Counted from the stretch's first letter, positions 1 to 10,319 are shown. The stretch is 64,000 nucleotides of DNA from Candidatus Bathyarchaeota archaeon (GCA_963767735.1 CAVYES010000002.1:85862-149861), one strand, 5' to 3'. Made by a program: numbers and translations. The notes: generated by a model from the sequence alone, not told the origin.

Positions 1-1562
1 TGAGACATACTGAGCGTCCAGAATGCTTGCTTTAGTTGTTCGCCTCGTGTCCAACCGTAGTAGAAGCCTGCTATTCTGCCTGCATATGGAATAACTATTT
101 GATCCAACGCTTTGTATAGGATAGGGTTGTGTAAACGGTTTTCAAGGAATGTTGGCTTCCAAATTCTAATGTTATATTCCCAGCATTTTATGAAAAAGTC
201 CCAGCGCACTTTGGAGAGCGAATCCATCTCAGCGCCTTTCTTATTCATAAGCACACAGTTCTCCAGTGGAACAAAAAACAAGGGCACATAGAACGCGTTA
301 TAATCTTTTAATTTGTCCATTAATTCAAGAGTTTGCAGTACATCTTCCTCTTTCTCGTCTGGAAGGCCGACAATCAATGTTGCCAGCGGATACCAGTCAT
401 TATCGTTAAATATGCCAAAAGCGTTCTCGACGACTTCTTGCCATTGTTCAGGTTTGAAAGGCAACATTTTGCCAGCCATATACTTCTTCATCAATCTTGG
501 GCTACCCGTTTCAATTCCTGTTTCAGCCGTAATTATATCTTTTTTGTCAAAAGAATACCAGCTGCGCTCAATCAATATTTCTGCAAGTTCCTTCACCATT
601 TGCGGGTTATGGACTGCCGGCGCCAACGACATGTGAGAAGCTTGAATACTTTTAACGCCTGGATACTGAGCAACGCTTTTTACTAATTTTACGACGGCTT
701 CCTTGTTTGGAACGAATTTTTGATCTTTCGAACCGTATAAAAACAGGTCTTCGGTAACTAGCGTTATGTGGTCGCTGCCTTCTGCAGTGGATAACGCAAC
801 TTCCTTCATGATTTTTTCAAGGGGAACATCTATTTTGTGCTGCATGGTTGGCGTGCAAAACTGGCAGTTTCTTCCGCAGCCTTTTGAAATCTCGACGGCG
901 CCATGGATTCCGGCATGTTTGGTTATCGGCATTATGGCATTGTAATCCCAGTTGCTGATTGATTCATCAGCCTTGACGATGCGTGGAAGAGGTTCGCCGT
1001 TTACTGCCTTCTTGAAAACTTGAACTATCGGCTCCGGTCTTCCGCCGAGCAAGACGCAATCTACACCATAACTGTCAAAGACCTTTTTGCGTTCAAGTTG
1101 CCAAGAACCGAATCCGCCAACGATAATTTTTGGCCTAAACTTTTTTATGTTTGGGTGAGTGACCAGTTTTTGGAATTCTACTGCGTTCATGGGTTCGCCG
1201 CCCCCGATTATCGACGAGTACGTCTTACTTACGTATCCCATGCCTGTTGGATCCATTGAAGATATTCCCACTACCTTAGTTTCTGACCCTATGAAGTCTT
1301 CAAGGTCGTCAGGGTGAACGACGGCTACATCTTTTTCTGTGAAGCCGTTTTCCAGCAGTATGGCTTCAACTTTCCTTAAGCCGTAAGGTGCAAACCTTGC
1401 CTGACCGTTTGGCTTGCGTTCTACTGGGGGATAAACTGTTTTTCTCATAAAAGAAAGCGGCAATGGACCCTTACCGAAGCCGGCGAAGAAAGCGATAAAA
1501 TGATTATTATAAAAATCGCTCATTTCAGTTGATGACGCCGTAAGAACTATTTTTACGCCCAA
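1..1562 (-). CDS. Radical SAM protein (B12-binding/radical SAM type), 3' end runs off the window
   Basis: Not in the ORF track. Manual minus-strand translation from TTG at 1562 is open to position 1 and contains KGCGRNCQFC (CxxxCxxC), IIVGGFG, GIETGS and LIVGLPDE. An alternative in-frame TTG lies at 1574. Confidence 0.85.
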   Translation of the reverse strand, partial: MGVKIVLTASSTEMSDFYNNHFIAFFAGFGKGPLPLSFMRKTVYPPVERKPNGQARFAPYGLRKVEAILLENGFTEKDVAVVHPDDLEDFIGSETKVVGISSMDPTGMGYVSKTYSSIIGGGEPMNAVEFQKLVTHPNIKKFRPKIIVGGFGSWQLERKKVFDSYGVDCVLLGGRPEPIVQVFKKAVNGEPLPRIVKADESISNWDYNAIMPITKHAGIHGAVEISKGCGRNCQFCTPTMQHKIDVPLEKIMKEVALSTAEGSDHITLVTEDLFLYGSKDQKFVPNKEAVVKLVKSVAQYPGVKSIQASHMSLAPAVHNPQMVKELAEILIERSWYSFDKKDIITAETGIETGSPRLMKKYMAGKMLPFKPEQWQEVVENAFGIFNDNDWYPLATLIVGLPDEKEEDVLQTLELMDKLKDYNAFYVPLFFVPLENCVLMNKKGAEMDSLSKVRWDFFIKCWEYNIRIWKPTFLENRLHNPILYKALDQIVIPYAGRIAGFYYGWTRGEQLKQAFWTLSMS

Positions 1563-1766
1563 ACCTGATTCCAAAGCACTCTCTTCCTTCGAATAGAATA
1601 AGAGAATGTTCCGTAGCCCTTTTAAGAATTACTATCGGAGGCATGTTATTACCGGTAGGTTAGAAGCAAAATTAGTGGCCGTCTAAGCAGCTTGTTTACA
1701 TAGATGTTAACGTTCAAGTAACTTTATTTTTAGGCTTTTTGTAGTGTTTAAATTCAAGAGTTTGCA

Positions 1767-2450
1767 CTATTCGTGAAAGCCAAGTATCTTATTGAGCTTA
1801 TCTAAAGCTCTGTCCGATGCTTCTTTGTCTGGAAACTCAAGGTCATCTTGCTTTGGTTCGGTGCCAGCAAAAAGGCACAATGCTTCAATGCCCTTACGCT
1901 TCGACAAGCCAAATATCAGCCCCGAGAAACCCATGAAGGGTCCTTTGTACCCTATGTCGATACTGTATTTTTCCTTCATCTCAGAGACTAATTCTTTGCT
2001 GGTAGCGGCGCAGCATATTTTCTTGTCTTTTGAACCGTAACCTGCAACGACTATTATTTTTTTGACGTGGTTTTCAGCTAAGAAATCTAGAACTTTTATC
2101 GAAACTTGATATTGGCCTTCAAAATTTGCGTGATACCCTTTCGTAATGATTAAAGAAGGAGTGGAACAAGCGTAAAACTGGACTTTAGGAAAGTCTGCTT
2201 CACCAGATTCAACAATAACTCCGCCCATGCCAGGCAACATTGGATCAGCAGCGTAGGAGGGTTTGGTTTCGTAGATTGAAGGCATATGAATCGAATACAG
2301 GTCTGCAATTTTCGTGGCATTTGTTTTGGCTATTAGGCTGTCCATAACAATTTTGCCTATAGATCTCAACCCGGGCGACCCAACAACAGCGATAGGTTCG
2401 ATGAGTTCAACATCGCCGCGTCGTTCTATCCACGTTTCCTTCTGCATCAA
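1767..2450 (-). CDS. PAC2 family proteasome assembly chaperone-like protein
   Basis: VVGSPGLRSIGKI, GYHANFEGQY, GFSGLIFG, CLFAGT and PDKEAS match the PAC2 family pattern. Confidence 0.83.
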   Translation of the reverse strand: MMQKETWIERRGDVELIEPIAVVGSPGLRSIGKIVMDSLIAKTNATKIADLYSIHMPSIYETKPSYAADPMLPGMGGVIVESGEADFPKVQFYACSTPSLIITKGYHANFEGQYQVSIKVLDFLAENHVKKIIVVAGYGSKDKKICCAATSKELVSEMKEKYSIDIGYKGPFMGFSGLIFGLSKRKGIEALCLFAGTEPKQDDLEFPDKEASDRALDKLNKILGFHE

Positions 2451-2462
2451 AGCATCCTCAGT

Positions 2463-3248
2463 TCAAGTGACGTAGGCGGGCTTCTTACCTGAACCAGCCA
2501 TTTCCTCTCGTATCCGCCGCTCAATTTCAACCAATTTCGCAATTGCCTCATCCATCTGCACCACCTGCTTCTCCATGGGCTCCATATCTACTTTCAAATT
2601 CAGCATTGAAGTCAACACTTTCAAAGCCGCCTTCGCTGCCCGGGGATCTATAACATATTCTCCAGTTGGCGTCTGGTACCCGTGAGTTTCCGCCAGCAAA
2701 CACACGGCTTCTTTATTTTTCTTTTTGGCGAGACCCGTTATTATACCGTTTTCGCCTCCGATGATTCCATTATTCAGAAGTTGGGCGCCATGCGACTTAG
2801 CTTCTTCAAGCAAAGCTAATGTTGCTGTAGTACAGAAGACGTTGGGGACCTCGAATGGTCTCTCCGTTATGTAGGCCGCAACAGTGTATACTCTTTGTAC
2901 GCCATTGTTGATTGCCCAATCCAAAACCGCATCCGCAACCTCGTATTGGCCCTCAGGTGAAAAAGCTTGTGCGTTGCCGGTGAGGAAAATGATTGTTCGT
3001 CCCGATTCATCTTTGAATTGATGGAGTTCGTTTCGAAGAAGCTCAACAAGTCCGTCTTCACTTATAACGACAAAGGGTGGAAAATACTTTGAGTAGACTT
3101 CCCCAACCAGTTCAGCTTTGAGTTGCTGGATAAGGTAGTCAACTGAAAGTTTTCCAATATAAGCTGTTCCAGGCAATCCGCATACGAGTATTAATTGATT
3201 TGGCGTAAACTCCTTTAGCATTTTAATTTCAACACTCATAAGATGCAA
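2463..3248 (-). CDS. PAC2 family proteasome assembly chaperone-like protein
   Basis: GLPGTAYIGKL, YSKYFPP, GNAQA, IIGGENG, CLLAET and DPRAAK motifs; coiled C-terminal tail ending YVT. Confidence 0.87.
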   Translation of the reverse strand: MHLMSVEIKMLKEFTPNQLILVCGLPGTAYIGKLSVDYLIQQLKAELVGEVYSKYFPPFVVISEDGLVELLRNELHQFKDESGRTIIFLTGNAQAFSPEGQYEVADAVLDWAINNGVQRVYTVAAYITERPFEVPNVFCTTATLALLEEAKSHGAQLLNNGIIGGENGIITGLAKKKNKEAVCLLAETHGYQTPTGEYVIDPRAAKAALKVLTSMLNLKVDMEPMEKQVVQMDEAIAKLVEIERRIREEMAGSGKKPAYVT

Positions 3249-3487
3249 ACCAACTTTGATTCAAGATAAGTGGTGACACAAATGAACTTTTTGTTTAAAC
3301 CTTTGCACACTTGCCTATGATGCCTAAGGTTTTACCCATTTTTGTATGTATTCAGATAAACTCCAAGACTTTCTAAAACCTACTTCTTAGGCTTAGCGCT
3401 TGTTTCGCCGGCTTTGCAAATTAGCGGAATTTGCTTCTCAAAAATGCTCAAAAGCCACCCATTAGCTTAGGTGTTTGACGATGTAAA

Positions 3488-3778
3488 ATGATGACTAGCC
3501 ATCGCTTCGAAGCCTCAGTTAACCTTTTCGTCGATCCGAGTCAGAAAAAGCAGGTTATAGCCGCCCTCTCAAAGATCGAAAACATCGAGGAGATCTATGA
3601 TGTCAAAGGGGAATTTGACATCGTTTCCAGAGTTTCGGCAGCGAGCGTGGAAGAGTTCCGCAATGTCTTGCAAGAAAAAATAAACAAGATCAAAGGCGTC
3701 AAAAGCACCGTAACCTCAGTCGTACTCAAAGCCCACAAACACCCCAAAGCCGCCCTGAGCAATGCCCACATGCGTTAA
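3488..3778 (+). CDS. Stand-alone Lrp/AsnC ligand-binding (RAM) domain protein
   Basis: IEEIYDVKGEFDIV...IKGVKSTVTSVVL pattern; no N-terminal HTH. Confidence 0.8.
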   Translation: MMTSHRFEASVNLFVDPSQKKQVIAALSKIENIEEIYDVKGEFDIVSRVSAASVEEFRNVLQEKINKIKGVKSTVTSVVLKAHKHPKAALSNAHMR

Positions 3779-4205
3779 ACGAGAGCCAACCAAGGCCCCA
3801 AAACCCATGCCTATAGAGGGAGACTTGCCTGAATTTAGCCTATCACCAGAATATAGAAAAAATATAAAATAGTGTATAATCTGGGTTAACTATTGTTAGT
3901 TTACAATCAAGGTGTAAAAAGACTTGTGCCATTCTCTCTTGCGCAAACCTGCGCATTTTCGTGAGTTCAGTGTTTTCAGCCATGATGCATCGAAAATACC
4001 ATTATTCTGGTAGTATCAAAGGTTAGTCGTACCTTGCCGTCTGAGTAACTCTGAACTTTCATCCAATAAAGTCAAGCTAATGCCTTCTCATCATCCGGCC
4101 AGAACAACTTAGTGCAGGCGAGATAAAAGCATATACATCGAATTAACCGTTAAGGAACCCTTTTATTTTCGCTTAGAAACCTTATTTTATAAGGAGTTAT
4201 CTAGC

Positions 4206-4778
4206 ATGAATTTTAGTGGTAGTCAAACAGAAAAGAACGTTCTAGCAGCGTTTGCAGGCGAATCACAAGCACAAACCAGATACACGTTCTTTGCAAGCGT
4301 TGCCCGAAAAGAAGGATACGAGCAAATTGGCGGCATTTTTGATGAGACTTTAGCCAATGAGAAAGAGCATGCGGAACTTTTCTTTAAGCATCTCAAGGGC
4401 GGCATGGTTGAAATCAAAGCTTCTTACCCAGCGGGCATAATTGGGTCAACCCCCGAAAATCTCAAAGCGGCAGCTGACGGAGAAAAACTCGAGTGGGGTA
4501 CACTTTACCCTAATTTTGCTGAGGTCGCTGACAAGGAAGGTTTTTCGGATGTTGCCGACACATTCCGGATGATTGCAAAAGTAGAAGCCTATCATGAAAG
4601 AAGATATAATAAACTGCTGGAAAGCGTAAAGCAAGGCAAAGTTTTCAAGAAGGAACAGACGATTAAATGGAAATGCAGAAACTGCGGTTTTGTCTTTGAG
4701 GGAAAAGAAGCACCAGAGAAATGTCCCGTATGCGCTCATCCGAGAGCCTATTTTGAAGTTTGGGTTGAAAACTACTAA
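4206..4778 (+). CDS. rbr: Rubrerythrin
   Basis: AFAGESQA, NEKEHA, GEKLE and EAYHE di-iron motifs plus C-terminal CRNCG...CPVC rubredoxin domain. Confidence 0.94.
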   Translation: MNFSGSQTEKNVLAAFAGESQAQTRYTFFASVARKEGYEQIGGIFDETLANEKEHAELFFKHLKGGMVEIKASYPAGIIGSTPENLKAAADGEKLEWGTLYPNFAEVADKEGFSDVADTFRMIAKVEAYHERRYNKLLESVKQGKVFKKEQTIKWKCRNCGFVFEGKEAPEKCPVCAHPRAYFEVWVENY

Positions 4779-4822
4779 ACCCACATTTTTTTCTTTTAAC
4801 AAACGTAAAGCGTATACGTGGG

Positions 4823-5329
4823 TTACACGATGTATTTCCCTGTTTTTTCAAAATCCTTAACAATTTCCATGACGCGTTTCGGAGCATTAAAAGGGCCAAG
4901 CGGAACATCTTTAAGCAGAACCCATGGACTTTTGCAAGCTAACACCGTTGCAATATGTTGTTCTCCGAAGCATTTCTTGGCAACTTGAACCACCATGCGG
5001 CGCACCTCAACCTCTGAAAGCTCACCCAGAGCATGCAAGTACTCGTGCAACAGCAGATTGTAAGTTAAAGCGTTAACTGTTGGCTTGGAGCTAACTGAAC
5101 TCTCAACAATCTCGACGAGAGAGCGATTCAAAACGATGTTGTTGGTTCCTACAGGGTAGTAGGCTCCAAGCTGCAAAGGTAAATCATCTAAAAACAGCAT
5201 CATGCCCTCCCTCTTTTTGCCCTGCGCGAACTCCACTGTGTCTTTTACTATTTGCCATACTTGACTGTAGTTTTCAGCATTATCGAGACGTGAAGCAAAC
5301 TGCCCCTCTGACTGTGAATTAGCACTCAA
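4823..5329 (-). CDS. Hypothetical protein with HExxH motif (putative minimal zinc metallopeptidase)
   Basis: LLLHEYLHALG followed by E; upstream LGAYYPVGTNNIVLN resembles zincin strands. Confidence 0.65.
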   Translation of the reverse strand: MSANSQSEGQFASRLDNAENYSQVWQIVKDTVEFAQGKKREGMMLFLDDLPLQLGAYYPVGTNNIVLNRSLVEIVESSVSSKPTVNALTYNLLLHEYLHALGELSEVEVRRMVVQVAKKCFGEQHIATVLACKSPWVLLKDVPLGPFNAPKRVMEIVKDFEKTGKYIV

Positions 5330-5463
5330 AAACTAAGGCTCACCTTCATGAAAGAGTGAGTGAAAACAAGGCTTTAAGTTTTGCACAAATAGCGGCGCCG
5401 CGATAAACAAAAAATTGATAAATGAGGTGTGCTTTTCTCTTAGACGTTAAGGTGAAATTTGAA

Positions 5464-5886
5464 ATGGCAAGCAATGTTCTCGTGAGAGACATAATGTCGA
5501 AAGATGTTAAAACTGTGCGCAATGATACGTCAGTCAAAGAAGTAATTGCATTAATGAACAAGTTTGATAAAGATGCAATACTTGTTGAGCAAAGCGGAAA
5601 ACCGACAGGAATCATAACAGTCAAAGACGTTCTGGTGAGAGCAGTTGAACATGGTGTACCTCTGAGCACAATCATAGCAAGAATGGTCTACACAAACCCG
5701 CTGGTGACGATAGGTGAAGAAGCTACCGTTGAAGAAGCAGCAAATCTGATGAAAGAATGGCGAATCAAGCATCTACCAATCGTTGACAAAAACGGCGCCC
5801 TTGTAGGCATGCTAAACGATAGGGACGTAATCTACGCTGTTCCTTCATTAATGTCAACGATGGAAGAGTTCTGTCGAACAAAATAA
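5464..5886 (+). CDS. CBS domain pair protein
   Basis: VRDIMSKDV, GIITVKD, HLPIVD...LVGML; start moved to ATG 5464 within ORF 5422..5886. Confidence 0.9.
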   Translation: MASNVLVRDIMSKDVKTVRNDTSVKEVIALMNKFDKDAILVEQSGKPTGIITVKDVLVRAVEHGVPLSTIIARMVYTNPLVTIGEEATVEEAANLMKEWRIKHLPIVDKNGALVGMLNDRDVIYAVPSLMSTMEEFCRTK

Positions 5887-5965
5887 GTTCAATCCCAAAT
5901 AACTCTTTTTTATCCTACAACTTTTGAAACTTTCAAACAATTGCACTATATACTTCGTTAACGGT

Positions 5966-6340
5966 TTACTCATGTTCGATAAATGTCTCTTTTGCAGCTT
6001 CTTTTTTCATATACTCCCTGAGTTTGTTTGGGGGTATACAATTCTTGAGCTTAGGGCAATATTTGTTTGTATGAAAAGATAGAATCTCAGAGAGCGGTTC
6101 AATGATTTCTCTGTTTAAAGAGTACAGCTTTTCTTTTCCTGACCCCTCTGATCGCAAGAAAGCGGAACGCTCCAGTCGTTTAAGGTTGTAGGAGACTGCT
6201 GTTTCATCTTGTTCCAGAACTTCTGAAATCCCTGAAATGTTTTTGGGGCCTTCTCTTAAAACGTCAATTATGGCTAGACACGTTCTATTTGCCAGGGTGG
6301 AGAAAAAGATGTAATAAGCTTCATTGGAGAAATTTTCCAT
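5966..6340 (-). CDS. ArsR/SmtB family transcriptional regulator
   Basis: LANRTCLAIIDVL...ISEVL...AVSYNLKRL...G....YSL winged-HTH pattern; C-terminal Cys pair. Confidence 0.8.
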   Translation of the reverse strand: MENFSNEAYYIFFSTLANRTCLAIIDVLREGPKNISGISEVLEQDETAVSYNLKRLERSAFLRSEGSGKEKLYSLNREIIEPLSEILSFHTNKYCPKLKNCIPPNKLREYMKKEAAKETFIEHE

Positions 6341-6568
6341 TTTAATTCACCATGGAGATTATTGTTAACAAAATATGTTTGGGTTGTAGTACTTTAATTT
6401 TGCTTAATATTAACGGTAATGTTTTTTCAGGAGGAAAAATTGCTTAGGTATAACGAATCAAAATACGTTGAAAAACATTAAGCACGATTCACAAAAAAAA
6501 ACAATTTCGGGAATTTTCCTTTTTGAAAACAAAAAAAAGGGAAATATAGTTTTTTGTGTTTGGCGTTT

Positions 6569-9565
6569 TTATGGTCGTTTTCTAAGCATTAACAATGCTA
6601 ATACGACAGCTACCACGATGATTACAACGAATAGACCAGCGATTGCAGGTACAAAGTATGTGTTTGCGACAGATGTTGGAGTTGCTGTAGGTGCAGCGGT
6701 AGAAGATGCGGCTCCTTGCACGGTCATGTCAGTTTGTGCGCTTGATCCCCAGTAGCCGTTGGTGCCAGAGAATGTTGCGGTGACGAGGTAGTTGCCTGGA
6801 ATTGCTGGAGGAGTCCAAGAGTAGTAGTATAAGCCTTTTTCGTTGGTTGTTGCGGTGCCTAGGGTGATGAAGTTGCCGTTGGGATCAGTAGCTGTCAATG
6901 TGACGGTTACGCCTGTGAAGTTGGTGGGTGCTGCTTGCTGCTGGTAAACGTAGCTCATCCAAGGCGTCATGCTTGCGTCAGATGCGCATGGAACGCCATT
7001 TGGAAAGTCAGCTTTTTGTTCTGTCTGCTGTGTGCCTGCGGAAGTGTCCATCACTGTGCCCTGTATAACTACGTTAGTACCTGCGGTGATAGCGGTTTGT
7101 GGTGCCTGTACTGTGGTTGCGCTTGGTCCTCTGCCTGTAGTGTAAATTTGCATGTCGTAGCCATTGAGGAATGTTGTATAGCCATCTGCGAGAGCAGGGC
7201 TGGCTTGACTGCCGAAACATGGAAGTTCCCATATTAGTTGTCCTGTGGTGGCGTTAACCGCGTATAATAGCGCGCCCTTGTAAATCGGGTCGGTGACGGT
7301 GTGCTCATTGGTCATTAGATATACTAATCCGTTACCACTAATAGGCCCAGAGGCGAATGGATACTCACCGTAAGGAGAGCTCAAGCTCGCAGTGCTGTTG
7401 TCAGAGCCTATAGGTCCGTTGCCGTAGGTCCATAATACTTGTCCAGTTGTATCGCTATAGCAGTAGCATACTCCTCCCATTGAATCAAAGTAATATCTGC
7501 CGGCAGCTACTTCACTGAAGTAGGCATAGCCTAATGCATAGTATTGGAGTGCAGGTGTCATAGTGGCAGTTGGACCCCATAGTTGAGCGCCTGTTGTTAG
7601 ACTGTATCCTACAAATTGCATTGTTTCCTCGTAATACATAATGAAGGTACGGGTTTGCCAGTCAACTCCTTGGATACTGAGAGTGAGGTTGCCTGCTGGC
7701 GGTTGATACGTTTTCGTCCATAGCATCGAACCGATTGCGCCCGCAGATGCGTTGAGGTTGATATAGAACATTGTGTAGGGAAGTTGCGGCCAGCCTGTGC
7801 TAGTTGTCGAGAAACCCGTTGGTAGAGGGCCGTATCTGCAAAGCATACCATCGCCATAGTCAGCTGCAACTATTGTTATAGGACATGATCCGCCTGCCGC
7901 AAAATCACCGACAGCCGTTCCCTGCATTACTCCTGGCACTGTTGTCCCTGTGACGGTGCTATAGCTGGGCGGTACAGTCATGGTGTTGAGCCATGGTATC
8001 GAAACGTTCCAGTCAAAAGTAGTTCGTGCACCAAGGTTGTTTGGGTATATAGTTGTGGCGTTAAGAGGGATGAATGCATTATCTGTTATTGTGGAACCGT
8101 AGGGGATGAAAACGCTTCCTCCCGTTGGCGTGGTACCTGTGGTGCCCAAAGTTGTTTGAGGAATGCCTGCAGATGAAACAAGGACCCCGTTGGATGCATT
8201 TATAACTGATGGTGACAGACTTCCACCGAAAGTGTATGGATTTACATCGTATTGGTATAGGTCGCTTGAGTTCCACTGAGCCAAATACCAGTTCGGATTC
8301 GCGGCGGTGCCGTCGTTCATAAAGACGTACTTGATCATTTCGCTGCTTGGACCCGCTACTGTCGCTGTTGTGAGAGCTACTGCTGGCTGACCGTTTACGG
8401 TTTGGCCTGTTTGTGCTGCAAAGCCTGGAACATTAGTAACGTTGAACAATTGCGCGCCTGTGAATCCATCCCAAAGCGTCCACATCGAAGGCATACCAGT
8501 AAGGCCGCCTCCTGCAGTTGAAACCAGGATTGGCGGAAAAACTCCGTGCTGTTCACCATTCCAAAGGTTATAGATGTAAGCGAATGATACTGAATGTATA
8601 GCATTTGAAGACCAAACAATTTGTCCTGTTTGCAGATTAACGCAAACGAATGGTCCAACAGCGCCTCCAGTGAATGATGCTGGTTCATTGAAGTACAGGT
8701 ATCCGTCCACTATTATCGGATTGGCGAATCTTCCTATGTAGCAAGAGCCCTCGAAGTAGCCGACTCCCTGAGCATTGGTATACTCGTTTCCTCCAACAAT
8801 TCCACCTGCTTGAATCGGCAGCGTCCACATGACATGAGCAGTCACAGAACCTACAGAATCAGCATGGTACACGCCATATACAGAGTAGCTATAGCCTGCT
8901 ATAGGTGGCATACCTGTGCCTAGCCAGTTTGACGAAATTGTGTACCAGTTAGTGTTCTCGCCGAATATTGGTCGCGTCCAGAAATCTGTAGGCAAAGGTT
9001 CGCTGGTTACAGCGGCAGGTATTGGAGTTGACTGAACAGTAAGTGTTGTTGATGCGCTGCTGGGTAGATAAGTATCGTTAACCAATATTGAACCGGCGTA
9101 GCCGTTGCCGTTCGCTCCGTAGACTTGTCCTGGATAATTAAAGGTAAAGTTGTAGGTGCCGACCTGGCTAGGAGTGAAGGATGTATACTGATCTGATGTT
9201 GGGTCTGCGACGACTGCCCAAGTCTGTGTTGTGACTGCCCCGTTTGGCGCTGTGATGGTAAGTTTATAGTTGTCGAATCTGTAGTCGTTCGACGTCAATG
9301 CTGCGCTGCATGTGTAACCATTCGTGCCAACAACGGCAGATGTTCCGCCAGCTGCTCCGTAACAAGGGTTAAGCCAGAAATAAACGGTTATTGTCTGACC
9401 GACGCCTATAGTGCTTGGTTCCGCACTAATGTAGGAATACGTTGGAATTTGCCATGGAGGTGTATGCGCACTAGCGCTTGGTAATAGTGTCGTTGAAGCT
9501 CCTATAGAAATTGTTAAAATTGCTGCAATCAAAATAGCCAAAGTTTTACCTTTTAGATTTTGCAT
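6569..9565 (-). CDS. Secreted, C-terminally membrane-anchored PQQ-binding-like beta-propeller repeat protein (copy 1)
   Basis: Signal peptide, repeated xNxxTGxxxW blades (VNLQTGQIVW, YSLTTGAQLW, SDTTGQVLW, VNATTGQLIW), Ig-like C-domain, Thr/Pro linker, TM helix + LRKRP. Confidence 0.88.
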   Translation of the reverse strand: MQNLKGKTLAILIAAILTISIGASTTLLPSASAHTPPWQIPTYSYISAEPSTIGVGQTITVYFWLNPCYGAAGGTSAVVGTNGYTCSAALTSNDYRFDNYKLTITAPNGAVTTQTWAVVADPTSDQYTSFTPSQVGTYNFTFNYPGQVYGANGNGYAGSILVNDTYLPSSASTTLTVQSTPIPAAVTSEPLPTDFWTRPIFGENTNWYTISSNWLGTGMPPIAGYSYSVYGVYHADSVGSVTAHVMWTLPIQAGGIVGGNEYTNAQGVGYFEGSCYIGRFANPIIVDGYLYFNEPASFTGGAVGPFVCVNLQTGQIVWSSNAIHSVSFAYIYNLWNGEQHGVFPPILVSTAGGGLTGMPSMWTLWDGFTGAQLFNVTNVPGFAAQTGQTVNGQPAVALTTATVAGPSSEMIKYVFMNDGTAANPNWYLAQWNSSDLYQYDVNPYTFGGSLSPSVINASNGVLVSSAGIPQTTLGTTGTTPTGGSVFIPYGSTITDNAFIPLNATTIYPNNLGARTTFDWNVSIPWLNTMTVPPSYSTVTGTTVPGVMQGTAVGDFAAGGSCPITIVAADYGDGMLCRYGPLPTGFSTTSTGWPQLPYTMFYINLNASAGAIGSMLWTKTYQPPAGNLTLSIQGVDWQTRTFIMYYEETMQFVGYSLTTGAQLWGPTATMTPALQYYALGYAYFSEVAAGRYYFDSMGGVCYCYSDTTGQVLWTYGNGPIGSDNSTASLSSPYGEYPFASGPISGNGLVYLMTNEHTVTDPIYKGALLYAVNATTGQLIWELPCFGSQASPALADGYTTFLNGYDMQIYTTGRGPSATTVQAPQTAITAGTNVVIQGTVMDTSAGTQQTEQKADFPNGVPCASDASMTPWMSYVYQQQAAPTNFTGVTVTLTATDPNGNFITLGTATTNEKGLYYYSWTPPAIPGNYLVTATFSGTNGYWGSSAQTDMTVQGAASSTAAPTATPTSVANTYFVPAIAGLFVVIIVVAVVLALLMLRKRP

Positions 9566-9647
9566 TTTTCTTTTCCTGCCGTTTTATTTTTATTGAGAAA
9601 AAGCTCTATGCCCTCTCTCAATAGAGCCTCTGTTTGCTATGACCATA

Positions 9648-9663
9648 CTTATAAAACTTTGCA
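9648..9663 (-). promoter_or_regulatory. Archaeal BRE/TATA promoter of beta-propeller gene copy 1
   Basis: Minus strand TGCAAAGTTTTATAAG, identical to the 16-mer upstream of copy 2. Confidence 0.7.
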
Positions 9664-9841
9664 GAAATAGTGGCATTTATAAGTGTTTTATTACGAAGAT
9701 TAGTTGAAAATCATAAAGTAACTAATTTATGTAAATTAGCTCGAAGATAAACTCGTCAATACCCTTTAATTTAACAACAAACTTGATAAGAGATAACTTG
9801 GTTGAAATGAGAAAAAAGCAACTGTCTTTAAAAGGGATAAA

Positions 9842-10318
9842 ATGAGCAGTTCAGTGGAAATCGACGAAATAGATATTAAGATTCTAAGGTTGCTGATAAA
9901 AGATGCACGCACAAGACTAAAAGAAATCGCTAAAGAATGCGGCATAACCTCCGTTTCAACGCTAAATCGAATTAAGCGTTTAAAAGCCCTTGGAGTGATT
10001 ACAGGAGCAATAATTTGGCCTCGCCTAGATGCACTTGACATTTCAATAACAGCAACCATTGGAATTGATTTGGATTCAAATCAGGATGAAGTCATCACGT
10101 TCATTAGAGAACAAATGAATTTTGGTGAAGCTTCAGCGGCCGTGGGAAAATACGATTTGCTGGTCTTTGCTGTAGCTAAGAACATTACTGAACTGGACAA
10201 GGCAGCGTATGAAATAAGACGTTGCGCGGGAGTAAGGAAAGTTATCGTTAACGTGTGGGCTGGTAAGCCACACCAGTTATTTGAAAACGTAGACCTGCGA
10301 CCTGATGGAGTGGAATAA
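9842..10318 (+). CDS. Lrp/AsnC family transcriptional regulator
   Basis: IDEIDIKILRLLIKDARTRLKEIAKECG...RIKRL HTH plus RAM domain (GKYDL). Confidence 0.9.
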   Translation: MSSSVEIDEIDIKILRLLIKDARTRLKEIAKECGITSVSTLNRIKRLKALGVITGAIIWPRLDALDISITATIGIDLDSNQDEVITFIREQMNFGEASAAVGKYDLLVFAVAKNITELDKAAYEIRRCAGVRKVIVNVWAGKPHQLFENVDLRPDGVE

Positions 10319-10319
10319 A

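Noticed and set aside
313-1259. Plus-strand ORFs 313..636, 333..686 and 1020..1259
   Set aside because: Antisense shadows of the radical SAM gene, which the track missed because it has no stop in the window.
3780-4200. 420-bp gap with short minus-strand ORFs
   Set aside because: Under 50 codons, with no homology cue or RNA hallmark.
6468-6755. Similar plus-strand ORFs 6468..6755 and 10975..11262 that look like a paralog pair
   Set aside because: They are the antisense of the conserved C-terminal anchor coding regions of the two propeller genes.
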